NCBI GenBank assembly: GCA_050950425.1
Contig: JBMNHO010000002.1
Coordinates: 1,360,154 to 1,424,153, forward strand
Length of the DNA stretch: 64,000 nt
Direction: 5' to 3'
Source of the DNA: Oscillospiraceae bacterium
GTDB lineage: Bacteria; Bacillota; Clostridia; Oscillospirales; Oscillospiraceae
A model generated the notes under the pieces. It worked only from the letters and a program-made list of their open reading frames with translations. It had not been told where the DNA came from and did not search any database. Made by a program: the position numbers and the translations under genes. How positions within the stretch are numbered: position 1 is the stretch's first letter; every line of letters starts with the position of its first letter. Positions 54,734 through 63,616 of this stretch are shown here, in pieces.

Positions 54734-54859
54734 GAAAAAACACACTCCTTTAGATGATTTACGCAGAAAACCGCAAATCAAGGGAGCGTGTTGGTCGCTA
54801 TTATTTTCATCCTTTTCCATGACCATAGTACCATGTTTTGCGGATGGCAGTCAATCTTG

Positions 54860-55108
54860 TCAAGCGATAATTCCTTTCAGACAATCTTCAAGAGAAGAAC
54901 CGCTTTGGGAAAAGTTTGCCTTGACGATGTACTTCCCGCAGCGAAAGCAATAGGGATTGCCGATCTGCCGCAGAAACTCAGCAATTCGAGCATCGCGGGG
55001 CAAGGTTTTATCAACCTTTATATTGCGAATGTCGGTCAGCTCTCCCGGCTCGACACTTTGAATGTCTACCGCCTGCAACTGAGCCAAGCTATGTGTGCCA
55101 GCGTTCAT
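54860..55108 (-). CDS. small conserved hypothetical protein (82 aa) upstream of recombinases
   Basis: MNAGTHSLAQLQAVDIQ...NPYCFRCGKYIVKANF; part of the longer 207-aa track ORF, the rest of which overlaps the next gene. Confidence 0.55.
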   Translation of the reverse strand: MNAGTHSLAQLQAVDIQSVEPGELTDIRNIKVDKTLPRDARIAEFLRQIGNPYCFRCGKYIVKANFSQSGSSLEDCLKGIIA

Positions 55109-55121
55109 ATTCGTTCCCTCC

Positions 55122-55496
55122 TTATGGGTTTTGAAAGCTCTCAGGATAGAGCAGCTTAATGGCTTCAAAGAAATACAGTGCTTTCCCATCGCAGAACAGC
55201 TCATATGGGGTGTAGTATCCGGCCAATTCTCCGCCAGATTCACCATTCCAGCCGTTGTAGAGATTGAATGCCAATCGGGTGATACGCAAAGTTCCGGATG
55301 TCTGCCAGCACTTATACAGCCCCTCAGTTTCAATGCCCTTCTCAGCAAAGTCATAGAGGTCGGCAATATTGCGTCGGGTATCATCGGACAGTCCCAGCGT
55401 ATAAAACAGGGCGAGGTGGTATGGATCATTCTGTGAGTGGGTGCGCTCCATAATCTTGCGGAAAAAGTCATTGTGCGCTTCATCTAAGAAAATCAT
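55122..55496 (-). CDS. conserved hypothetical protein (about 124 aa)
   Basis: MIFLDEAHNDFFRKIMERT...; AGGGGA 8 nt upstream of ATG 55496. Confidence 0.55.
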   Translation of the reverse strand: MIFLDEAHNDFFRKIMERTHSQNDPYHLALFYTLGLSDDTRRNIADLYDFAEKGIETEGLYKCWQTSGTLRITRLAFNLYNGWNGESGGELAGYYTPYELFCDGKALYFFEAIKLLYPESFQNP

Positions 55497-55974
55497 ACAC
55501 ATTTCCCCTTTATCATAAATTTGACTTTCAAAGCCAGAAGAACAGGCAGATTGCACTTGTGGGCGCAATCTGCCCGTGGTTTCCGGTTTTGAAAACTGCC
55601 GTATTTGCCACGCTCCCCGGCAAGGGAACACACTCAGGCTGCCCTTGGCAGGGCATCATAGCTCCACTTTATGGTTGCTGTGCCAAAGCTGACCTATATC
55701 GCAGAGACTCCACCTCAAGTCCGTGGGTGGTCGTGAGAAAGTATCGTTAGCACCCGGTGCATCCTCGCGTTCCGCTTGCCAAGGCGGATTTGAAAGATTG
55801 CGTTTATCGTCAAGCGCCGCTCTTCCCTCGCTCTGCTACCGGGATATGTACCTGAGTGCCGTATATGACCGAGGGTGACCCGGTGTTTTTCAAGCTGCGG
55901 CGAAAGGCTGTCCGCTAACGGACAAAGCACCTTTCATTATTCATTTCATTTTCGAGCCAAAACCGCAGCCTGAA

Positions 55975-56401
55975 TTAAAAAGAATCTTCCAAAAAAACAG
56001 CCATGTGATGCAATGCCCGGCTGATGGACTGGCGAATGGCACTCTCGTTCACATTCTCAGCTCTCGCAATGGCGGCTTTACTCATGCCCATGATGAAGTG
56101 GGCATACCACCCGCTTGGCCTGCTTGTCCGGCAAACTGGCGAGTGCGGCATAGAGTTGCTCCATAGTCAGCCTGCGTTCCAAAATCTCGTGTGGAGTCTG
56201 GGTGAGGAGGAGCGCTTCACGCTCAATCTGATCTCCGCAGTCCAGCGAATAATATGCCTTGTTCCTGTATGTACGTAGGCGGCAGGCCGCTTCACAGAGC
56301 CTAAACTCATGCAGTGCAGTTGCTACTTCATCGGGTACAGAAATTTCACAATCAGAGCTGTATAGCTCCGGATAATATTTTCTAAGGTTGATAATAGTCA
56401 T
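55975..56401 (-). pseudogene. sigma-70 region-4-like / Tn916 orf7-like regulator carrying a +1 frameshift
   Basis: Track ORF ends ...DKQAKRVVCPLHHGHE*; shifting one base at about 56106-56112 restores YAHFIMGMSKAAIARAENVNESAIRQSISRALHHM... (HTH), open to a TAA at 55975. Confidence 0.6.
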
Positions 56402-56495
56402 TGGATTTCCTCCGTTTTCGATTTTTAGGGATGGCGAATCGAAAGATGGAGGGAGGATCCCGGCAACCTACGCTGCCAAAGGTATATAAATACAA

Positions 56496-56537
56496 AAAGG
56501 CACACAGGCAGGTATAGAAACCTGCTTGTGTGCCTTT
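56496..56537. terminator. strong hairpin in the divergent intergenic region
   Basis: 17-bp stem AAAGGCACACAGGCAGG/CCTGCTTGTGTGCCTTT (one G-U pair), 8-nt loop. Confidence 0.45.
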
Positions 56538-56581
56538 GTTAGGTTTAATGTCTTTTAATAGTTGAGTGATGTAGGGAATAC

Positions 56582-56626
56582 ATAAGGCGAGCTTCGACTC
56601 ACCGTGTGAATTGAAGCTCGCCTTAT
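56582..56626. terminator. second strong hairpin
   Basis: 14-bp perfect stem ATAAGGCGAGCTTC/GAAGCTCGCCTTAT with 17-nt loop. Confidence 0.4.
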
Positions 56627-56829
56627 ATGCTAAATGATTTATTTTTGCATGGCAGACAATACGATATTTTTCTGCCTCTAATCTCCTTCTCGCCTTCGCT
56701 TATTTTCAATTAACTCCATTGATTGGCACCTCCATATAAGATTAGTGATTCTAAGATTACCCCAGGTGATCCATGGGGTAATTTATGTAAACCATTCAGG
56801 GCATTAGAATGGTTATGGGGTGATCTTCA

Positions 56830-57162
56830 ATGAACAATCCATTTATTTCATTTGGAATAGCTGTCCGGGCAGAACGGACAAAACGAGAATTAACACAAGT
56901 ACAGTTAGCCGAAAAATTGGGGATGAGTAAACGAACGATAATACAAGCCGAACGCGGTCAAAGCAACCCCAAGTTTGAAACGGTCATCCTTTTGGCGCAG
57001 GAGCTAGAGATTAGCCTGGATGCCATTGTTTTCCCCGATACGGCTTCGCCGAATAATGTCCCGAAATGTGTGCATGATTTTTTTAGGGATAAAAGTGAAC
57101 TGGAATCCCAGAAATATATTGGTATATGCCTTGGTGCAGAATCTCTTGGCGATAACAAATAG
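56830..57162 (+). CDS. XRE-family helix-turn-helix transcriptional regulator
   Basis: RTKRELTQVQLAEKLGMSKRTIIQAERGQSNPKFETVILLAQEL, a classic Cro/C1 HTH. Confidence 0.85.
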   Translation: MNNPFISFGIAVRAERTKRELTQVQLAEKLGMSKRTIIQAERGQSNPKFETVILLAQELEISLDAIVFPDTASPNNVPKCVHDFFRDKSELESQKYIGICLGAESLGDNK

Positions 57163-57217
57163 TCATTTCTCCGTATCAAGAGAAAAAAGAGCCGATAACT
57201 GTGAGATATACTCACGG

Positions 57218-57403
57218 TTATCGGCTCTGCGTCTTTGCGGCTGGCACTGTGATAACTTGTATTTTCATTTCTGCGGCGTTGATTAATGTGATTATTTTGC
57301 ATTTTGGACAGTGCAAAGGGAAATTCTCCAGTTTCGTATCTCTTCGAATTCTCACTCTGGTCTTGCTCTGGCAGACTGGGCAATAAACGAAATCATCATT
57401 CAT
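57218..57403 (-). CDS. cysteine-rich KTR-type zinc-ribbon protein (61 aa)
   Basis: CPVCQSKTRVRI...LHCPKCK (CxxC...CxxC). Confidence 0.7.
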   Translation of the reverse strand: MNDDFVYCPVCQSKTRVRIRRDTKLENFPLHCPKCKIITLINAAEMKIQVITVPAAKTQSR

Positions 57404-57600
57404 TCATAAATTATCTCCTTTCTGAAAAGACTGTTTGCGCAGGATAGCCACAGCTGTATTAAACCAGACAACACAGATACAATAACTAAAATCATCAATC
57501 CCATATTGAAATCAGCGGATTGTAATTAAATACCGCAGTTATCTCTTTTGCAACAAAATAGGGGCAATGATTATAAAAGCACCTAAATGTTTTCAAAGCT

Positions 57601-57711
57601 TTATGCACTATTTTCTCGTCCGATAAAATAGAAGATGAGTCCTAAAATTACTATGATAGCCGCGATAATTGCAATGAAAATCGGATAATTTGCTTTCAAC
57701 CTCTCAATCAT
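57601..57711 (-). CDS. 36-aa hydrophobic peptide (below the ORF-track size cutoff)
   Basis: MIERLKANYPIFIAIIAAIIVILGLIFYFIGRENSA; AAGGAG 8 nt upstream of ATG 57711. Confidence 0.35.
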   Translation of the reverse strand: MIERLKANYPIFIAIIAAIIVILGLIFYFIGRENSA

Positions 57712-57840
57712 GCCTATGTCTCCTTTATGTATCTGCATTCTTACTCTTGCTTTTTGCGGGAGGCGAGAGTCCTTTTAAGCTACATCATTCATTCCGCAGT
57801 GTTTCACGGTGTGCGGTTTTTAGTAATATAACGTTACCGC

Positions 57841-58677
57841 TTAAAAGGCAACTATCAATCCGCCGCGTTCGGCATAATAACTACAAAGGCCGCGAGTTGG
57901 TAAGATTTTAATCTCTGCTGTTTGCCAAAGTTTCTTAACCTTTTCGCGTAGCTTTTCAGCAAGACAAGCATTGTAGCAATGGCTAATTGCCATGGCACCA
58001 CCCATGAACCCCCGCTCAACCATATCGTCTATTAAAGCAGATAGCACTCTGCTTGAACCACGGACTTTCGTTTTTATTTGAATCTTACCTTCATCACTTG
58101 CAATACCGACTCCCCATATACTCAGCTTTCCCGCTAAAATACCTGCAAGTTTGCTCATACGACCATTTTTGATAAGATTGTTAAATGAGGACAGCGCAAA
58201 GACAGAACGCTGGGTTGCGATGAAGCCCTGTATTTGTGAAACCACCTCTTCAAAGCAAAGCTGTTTTTCGATTAATTCATAAAGTCTTTCTACAACCAAA
58301 ACGAGAGCAGGGCCAGCGGAATAAGAATCTAGGATAGCGATTTTCTTTGAAGGTTCTTTTTCCAGCATCATCTTTTTTGCCACATTTGCACTGTTATAAC
58401 TGCCTGATAACTGACTGGATATGGTAATCGCAATGCACTGTTCAGCTTTTTCAAATTGTTCATACCACGAATAGGGCGATGGGCAAGCTGTTTGGCTGGC
58501 GTGAGTACAATTTTCCGTTGCTATTATCATGATGTTTGTATCCAGGGTTTCATCATCGACATAGCTGTCAGCACCGATATTTATTATAAATGGAACGGTG
58601 GAAAATCTAATATTGTCACATATCCGCGTGATATTCTTTAAGTCGCAACTCGAATCTGCAATGATATTCCATTTCAT
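57841..58677 (-). CDS. DegV-family fatty-acid-binding protein
   Basis: MKWNIIADSSCDL start typical of DegV; about 278 aa; GGAGGAG upstream of ATG 58677. Confidence 0.85.
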   Translation of the reverse strand: MKWNIIADSSCDLKNITRICDNIRFSTVPFIINIGADSYVDDETLDTNIMIIATENCTHASQTACPSPYSWYEQFEKAEQCIAITISSQLSGSYNSANVAKKMMLEKEPSKKIAILDSYSAGPALVLVVERLYELIEKQLCFEEVVSQIQGFIATQRSVFALSSFNNLIKNGRMSKLAGILAGKLSIWGVGIASDEGKIQIKTKVRGSSRVLSALIDDMVERGFMGGAMAISHCYNACLAEKLREKVKKLWQTAEIKILPTRGLCSYYAERGGLIVAF

Positions 58678-58805
58678 AAAAAGTCTCCTCCACATCTAAT
58701 TAAGTCTATCATCTCACGGCATTGTTTATCAGTTTCCCGATCTTTATTAATGAAATGTTAATCGAAAAAAACACATATCGGACGAAAGAATAGTCTCATC
58801 TGCAA

Positions 58806-59510
58806 TCAATACCCAAAAACATACAGGTAGACGCAGACGCAATGCAGGACACTACCCAAAATGCAGAAAATATGAAAGATTGAGTGCATCCACTTTTTGC
58901 TTTTGCCAACTACTTTGTTTTTGCCGCCCAATCCATAAAAAATAGCGCCAACGCCATATACAATTCCCCCGGTGATAAAGAGGGTGAAGCCTTCAATAGT
59001 AAGTGCGTTTATTATGATATCTGAGCCGATCAATACGCTTCCTCCCATTAGGAAGTATCCTATCATGGTGAAGGTTTTGAAGCGATCCAGATCAATTATA
59101 TTCAATGCAATTATTATACAAGCAATGATGCAGATAACCCCCATTAGCTTCCATCCCATACCGGGTTTTGCAGGTTCCATAATGCACAGCGCTAAGGGAA
59201 TATAAGTGCCGATAATTAATATGGGAATAGAACAATGGTCAACCACTTGAAAGTCTTTCTTATCTTTCAGCCCTGCGCCTTTTGGGGAAAGACCGTGATA
59301 AGTACACGACATAGCGTACAAAAAAACAAGGGATAGCCCGAACAGAATACCGGAGACAAGTTGTGTAATATTCTGATGATACAAGTAAATGGTGATAATC
59401 ATACCGATTCCCAAAAGCACTCCAAAAGCATGCGAAGCCACATGAAAGGTTTCTTCTCCTTCAGAATAAAAGGGCAGGCTGCATTTCTTAGTGACTATTT
59501 CAGCATTCAT
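58806..59510 (-). CDS. hemolysin-III / PAQR-family membrane protein
   Basis: Seven TM helices, conserved His residues (HAFGVLLG, YHGL, VDHCSIP, HIFCILGSVLH). Confidence 0.85.
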   Translation of the reverse strand: MNAEIVTKKCSLPFYSEGEETFHVASHAFGVLLGIGMIITIYLYHQNITQLVSGILFGLSLVFLYAMSCTYHGLSPKGAGLKDKKDFQVVDHCSIPILIIGTYIPLALCIMEPAKPGMGWKLMGVICIIACIIIALNIIDLDRFKTFTMIGYFLMGGSVLIGSDIIINALTIEGFTLFITGGIVYGVGAIFYGLGGKNKVVGKSKKWMHSIFHIFCILGSVLHCVCVYLYVFGY

Positions 59511-60802
59511 GCAATCAACTCCAATCGAGCGTTTCTATGTGTTAGGATTTTTTTAAGTATTTGAAGAACCCTTGGCTCTAAGAGCGGTTCTCTTATGCTC
59601 CTAGTCAGAGTTAGCGTCAAATCGTTTCCAACAGAAACCATGCCACAGCTATACGGCGTTGATGGTTTTGGACTAAACACCATACTGCACCTCTGGACAT
59701 ACGGCTTCATATTATCCGGAATCCTCCATATACCTAGATTGGAAAAAGTCATGCAATTCCCCCCCTTAGATATTGAAAAAAACGTCTGTATTACCCATCT
59801 TTTGAAAAATAACGGCAAGGCAGCAATCGCTTTGCTTTTCGCCATTTTTACATAAGAGGTTGCCAAAGCCGACAAGTTTTCTTTGCATACATTCATTTTT
59901 AGCTGCTTATCAAATGATCGACACAATGCGGAAACATGCATTCCATCCCCCAATTTTCCTGCGTAGATCGTGGTGGGAAGCGTGAAATTACGCAGTGTGC
60001 CGCTGCTAAAGCGTTTTCTTAAATCAATAGGTATGGAAAGCCGGATTTCCCGTTGTTCTCTGTTCTCACGCTGCTGTAAATCGAATAGCGCTGCTGTTAA
60101 TACACCTGACAACAGGGCAGTAAGGGTTACGCCACATTCACTTGCACAGTTCAAAAGATCATCCGTTTTGAAAGAAAGTTCCGTGATGTTTGCTTTTTTA
60201 TCTTTGCTGCCCTTTAATGAATAAGCCTCTGACATATCCTTCAATTTACTTGAGGCCCCGGTTATTTCCTGATATGCATCTTTAATTTCGTTGTAATTTG
60301 GTGCTCCATTTGCGCTGAGAACATCCGAACAGTAAGGAACAGATACTGCATATCGGATATGCAAATATTCTGCAATCAGCGATTTTAAAAATACGCTGCC
60401 CCCATGTCCATCCGAAACCGCATGGGAATATTCAAGGGCGATACGGTTTTCTGATACAATAATCCGAAATGCGCATCTGCTAAGGTTATCAAGCGTCATG
60501 AAAAGCGGTTCATCTGCTTCAGCCTCTTCCAGAATAATTGGTGCGCAATCCAGACTTTCAAAAAAATATCGGCACTGATCATGGCTCAACCGCACAAAGA
60601 AGGAGGGGAATCGTGTTACTAGACGATTAAGCGCCGTTTGCAATTTATCTCTATCAACACTTTCGCTCATAGTGACCGTTAAGCGGATGAGCGCCCTGTG
60701 ACTGTCACAAAAAGCCAGTGTAAACATCGTAGCCGCCGTATCCAGCTCCAATCGGCTATCTGATGTGGGTATCATATTTTCATTGCACTTTTGTTTTACC
60801 AT
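59507..60802 (-). CDS. HxxxD-type acyltransferase (condensation / alcohol acetyltransferase-like)
   Basis: Catalytic-type motif YSHAVSDGHGG; 431 aa; 4-nt overlap with downstream gene. Confidence 0.6.
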   Translation of the reverse strand: MVKQKCNENMIPTSDSRLELDTAATMFTLAFCDSHRALIRLTVTMSESVDRDKLQTALNRLVTRFPSFFVRLSHDQCRYFFESLDCAPIILEEAEADEPLFMTLDNLSRCAFRIIVSENRIALEYSHAVSDGHGGSVFLKSLIAEYLHIRYAVSVPYCSDVLSANGAPNYNEIKDAYQEITGASSKLKDMSEAYSLKGSKDKKANITELSFKTDDLLNCASECGVTLTALLSGVLTAALFDLQQRENREQREIRLSIPIDLRKRFSSGTLRNFTLPTTIYAGKLGDGMHVSALCRSFDKQLKMNVCKENLSALATSYVKMAKSKAIAALPLFFKRWVIQTFFSISKGGNCMTFSNLGIWRIPDNMKPYVQRCSMVFSPKPSTPYSCGMVSVGNDLTLTLTRSIREPLLEPRVLQILKKILTHRNARLELIA

Positions 60803-60967
60803 TGAATATTACCTCTCAGGAGTTAATCATCAACAAAGTATCCGTTCTCATCTACGATAAATGCCCCCCACGAGCCAGCTGTACTCAAAAATATGCCTTG
60901 CAACAAAGCAATAATTACTCGCGCCAATAGACAAGGCTCCCTCTTTACCTTCATAGCAAGCCTCCAT

Positions 60968-62047
60968 CTATACTGTTGCACTTGCAGCAGGGACGGGCAG
61001 ACAGCCGCACAATTCATCCAGTAGTTTCTTAACAGTGGTTAGGCTCTTTAGTTTTGAAGCACTGCTGCCACAAAAAATCACACCATTGGAGACATTGCCC
61101 TTTACCGAGTTTATCAATGCCTCTGTAATACAGTATGGTGCTTTGTCAATATGGCAGGATTTTAGACAGAGGCTACATCGTTTGATCTTTTCTTTCTTTT
61201 TTTCTATGCGTCTAATAAAGGCATTTCGGATTGCACGTCCCGGCATCCCAACCGGACTTTTGATGATTTCAATATCATCTTCTTCTGCGTCAATATATGC
61301 TTGTTTAAATTCCGGAGCCGCATCACATTCTTCTGTAACTACAAATCTTGTGGCAACTTGAACACCTGCCGCACCCAGTTTGATAAAGCGTGAAACATCA
61401 TCACCGGTGAATATGCCGCCAGCAGCAACCACGGGGATTTTTACACCAAATTCTTGCTCCGCTTCCTTGGTAGCAGCAAGAACATCAAGAACGATCTCCT
61501 CCAGACTCTGCGGGTGGTCGGCTAGCTCATCGTAGCTAAAGCCAAGATGACCACCCGCCAACGGACCTTCTATGATAACTAAATCAGGGATATATTCGTA
61601 TCGCTTAACCCAGCCTTTGAGAATGAGCCGAAAAGCGCGGACCGAGGAAACAATAGGTGCGATTTTCGTCTTTGAGCCTTTTACAAGCTCCGGCAGCTTC
61701 ATGGGCAGGCCGGCACCTGAAATAATAATGTCGATTTTATTTGCCACACATTCACGCACAATATCCTCGTATTGTTGAGCGGCTACCATGATATTCACGC
61801 CCAGGATTCCTCCGTTGGCAATTTCGCGTGCCAGCGCAATTTCCTTTTTAATTGCACGCAGATTGGCTTCTTGTGGAGTCATGTCAAAGTCAGGTTCTTG
61901 GAATCCAATATCCGCAGTCGATATTATTCCGATCCCGCCCTCTTTTGCAACTGTGCCTGCCAGACGATGAAGTGATACACCAACGCCCATTCCACCTTGG
62001 ATGATGGGAAGTCGGGATGTTTTGTTTCCGATTTTTATACCAGTCAT
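60968..62047 (-). CDS. NMO-family FMN oxidoreductase (FabK-like enoyl-ACP reductase / nitronate monooxygenase) with Cys-rich C-terminus
   Basis: PIIQGGMGVGVS, GAGLPMKLPE, IIEGPLAGGHLG, VVAAGGI TIM-barrel motifs; C-terminal CSLCLKSC...C segment. Confidence 0.8.
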   Translation of the reverse strand: MTGIKIGNKTSRLPIIQGGMGVGVSLHRLAGTVAKEGGIGIISTADIGFQEPDFDMTPQEANLRAIKKEIALAREIANGGILGVNIMVAAQQYEDIVRECVANKIDIIISGAGLPMKLPELVKGSKTKIAPIVSSVRAFRLILKGWVKRYEYIPDLVIIEGPLAGGHLGFSYDELADHPQSLEEIVLDVLAATKEAEQEFGVKIPVVAAGGIFTGDDVSRFIKLGAAGVQVATRFVVTEECDAAPEFKQAYIDAEEDDIEIIKSPVGMPGRAIRNAFIRRIEKKKEKIKRCSLCLKSCHIDKAPYCITEALINSVKGNVSNGVIFCGSSASKLKSLTTVKKLLDELCGCLPVPAASATV

Positions 62048-62094
62048 TATTTCATTCCTCCTGAATCAAGTATTAGAACGCCCAATCGCTTGCA

Positions 62095-62664
62095 TCATTG
62101 GTTGTTGGGAAGATTCGTATAGAACCGTATATACATCACAAGCGATAGAACCGTGAAACCGATAGCGATCATTGAAAGAGTCCATGATACCGTCTCCGAA
62201 AGAAATGGGATGAGAATATGGACCACTATTACAATGAACAAAATTACCGTACATAGTTTTCCGTACCATTGAGCGCTGTTAATACTCTTTTTCCGCGCCG
62301 CAAGGTAAGTAAGCAAAAGAATTATCAATTCCTTTATAATAAGAGTCACCATGAGAACCCGCATCGGCACAAACTGAATGGACAAGCAAAACACAATGGC
62401 AATCTGAGTCAGTTTGTCTGCCACCGGGTCGAGAAGTTTGCCCGGATCTGTAATCATGTTAAACTTCCGCGCGATAATACCATCTAAAATGTCCGTTAAC
62501 CCCGAAATACCGATAACAATAGCGGCTAACCAATACGCCTGTCGGAAGCAATACAACCAGATAATAACCGGTACTAGGCAAATCCTGATGAGCGACAGAA
62601 TATTTGGTATTGTCCATGTTTTGTGTGTATCAATCTGTTTTTTGTCTTTATGTTCAGTATTCAA
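62095..62664 (-). CDS. CDP-alcohol phosphatidyltransferase (PgsA-like)
   Basis: Signature DGIIARKFNMITDPGKLLDPVADKL (D-x2-DG-x2-AR...G-x3-D-x3-D); multi-TM. Confidence 0.85.
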   Translation of the reverse strand: MNTEHKDKKQIDTHKTWTIPNILSLIRICLVPVIIWLYCFRQAYWLAAIVIGISGLTDILDGIIARKFNMITDPGKLLDPVADKLTQIAIVFCLSIQFVPMRVLMVTLIIKELIILLLTYLAARKKSINSAQWYGKLCTVILFIVIVVHILIPFLSETVSWTLSMIAIGFTVLSLVMYIRFYTNLPNNQ

Positions 62665-63571
62665 ATCTGACTACTCTTTCTGCGGTATCTAATTCTTGCC
62701 GCTGAAATGCCACTCGTCCCATCGTTAAACCGCCGATACCAAAACCACCGGGGCCACCATGGGTAGATATGACACAACCTGCGGCAAACCACAAAATTCG
62801 CTTTATATGGTAATCTCTACGGCACTTTGCTTCGATTCTTGCACAAATTTCTTTGGAAAGTCTATGGGTATAAACCAGATAGATTTCATCTGTATCAATG
62901 TCTGCGGAGTTGAAAAAACCTTCCACCACTTTTTCACATACCCGCTCCATCTTTCCTCTATATCTCCGGGCAGCAACCAACAAACCGTTCTTCATTTCGA
63001 TCAACGGTTTTATGCCCAATATCTGCGCCACCAAATATTGGGTATTGGAGCAGCGTCCTCCAGCTTTCAAATAACGCATATCCTGCACAACGAAATGGAA
63101 TTTCATGTACTTGCCAATTTCTTTGATCTTATCAATCAGCTCCGAAGGCTCTATATCTGGATATGCCCACAAGTATCTAGCGGCTAGAATTGCTACTGCG
63201 CCCAAACCGGCGCTTACATGCTCGCTGTCAACATGATAGATATTTTCAAACCCTTCATCTGCTATGACCGCATTCTGGTAGGAACAAGTAGTCTGGGCTG
63301 AATATCCTATATGGATTATAATAGAATCCGGAGCCTCGCGGCGGATTTTGCGATACATTAACTCAAAGTCTGCGGGACTAGGTGCAGAGGTCGTGGGAAA
63401 TACGCCATTTTTATCGGAATAATTAAAGGCTTCCTCTGGGGAAATGTCGCCATCGGCATACGTTTTTCCGTCGAGTTGAACATACATGGGAATTATTTTG
63501 ATCCCATATTCTTTTGCCATCTCCAAAGAAAGGTCAGAGCCGCTCTCAGTTAATAAAACATAATTTTTCAT
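62654..63571 (-). CDS. DegV-family fatty-acid-binding protein (second copy)
   Basis: MKNYVLLTESGSDLS start, 305 aa, DegV-like; overlaps downstream gene by 11 nt. Confidence 0.85.
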   Translation of the reverse strand: MKNYVLLTESGSDLSLEMAKEYGIKIIPMYVQLDGKTYADGDISPEEAFNYSDKNGVFPTTSAPSPADFELMYRKIRREAPDSIIIHIGYSAQTTCSYQNAVIADEGFENIYHVDSEHVSAGLGAVAILAARYLWAYPDIEPSELIDKIKEIGKYMKFHFVVQDMRYLKAGGRCSNTQYLVAQILGIKPLIEMKNGLLVAARRYRGKMERVCEKVVEGFFNSADIDTDEIYLVYTHRLSKEICARIEAKCRRDYHIKRILWFAAGCVISTHGGPGGFGIGGLTMGRVAFQRQELDTAERVVRFEY

Positions 63572-63616
63572 TGTAACTCTCCTTTCATAATACCAATTCC
63601 CGCCGCTGAAACGATC

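Larger units (their letters stand above)
49918..56401 (-). mobile_element. recombination/regulation module of an integrative (conjugative or mobilisable) element; true ends not resolved
   Basis: Three tandem large serine recombinases preceded by small conserved genes and a sigma-like gene, as seen in Firmicutes integrative elements; flanked by foreign-composition DNA on both sides. Confidence 0.55.

Noticed and set aside
54860-55483. 207-aa ORF spanning two small element genes
   Set aside because: Its upstream half overlaps the 55122-55496 gene in another frame and reads as low-complexity sequence. Only the last 82 codons (54860-55108) look like a real protein.
55715-55930. 71-aa ORF in the GC-rich spacer of the element
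   Set aside because: It has no RBS and an implausible Arg/His/Leu-rich translation. The region is better explained as non-coding RNA, a leader, or decay.
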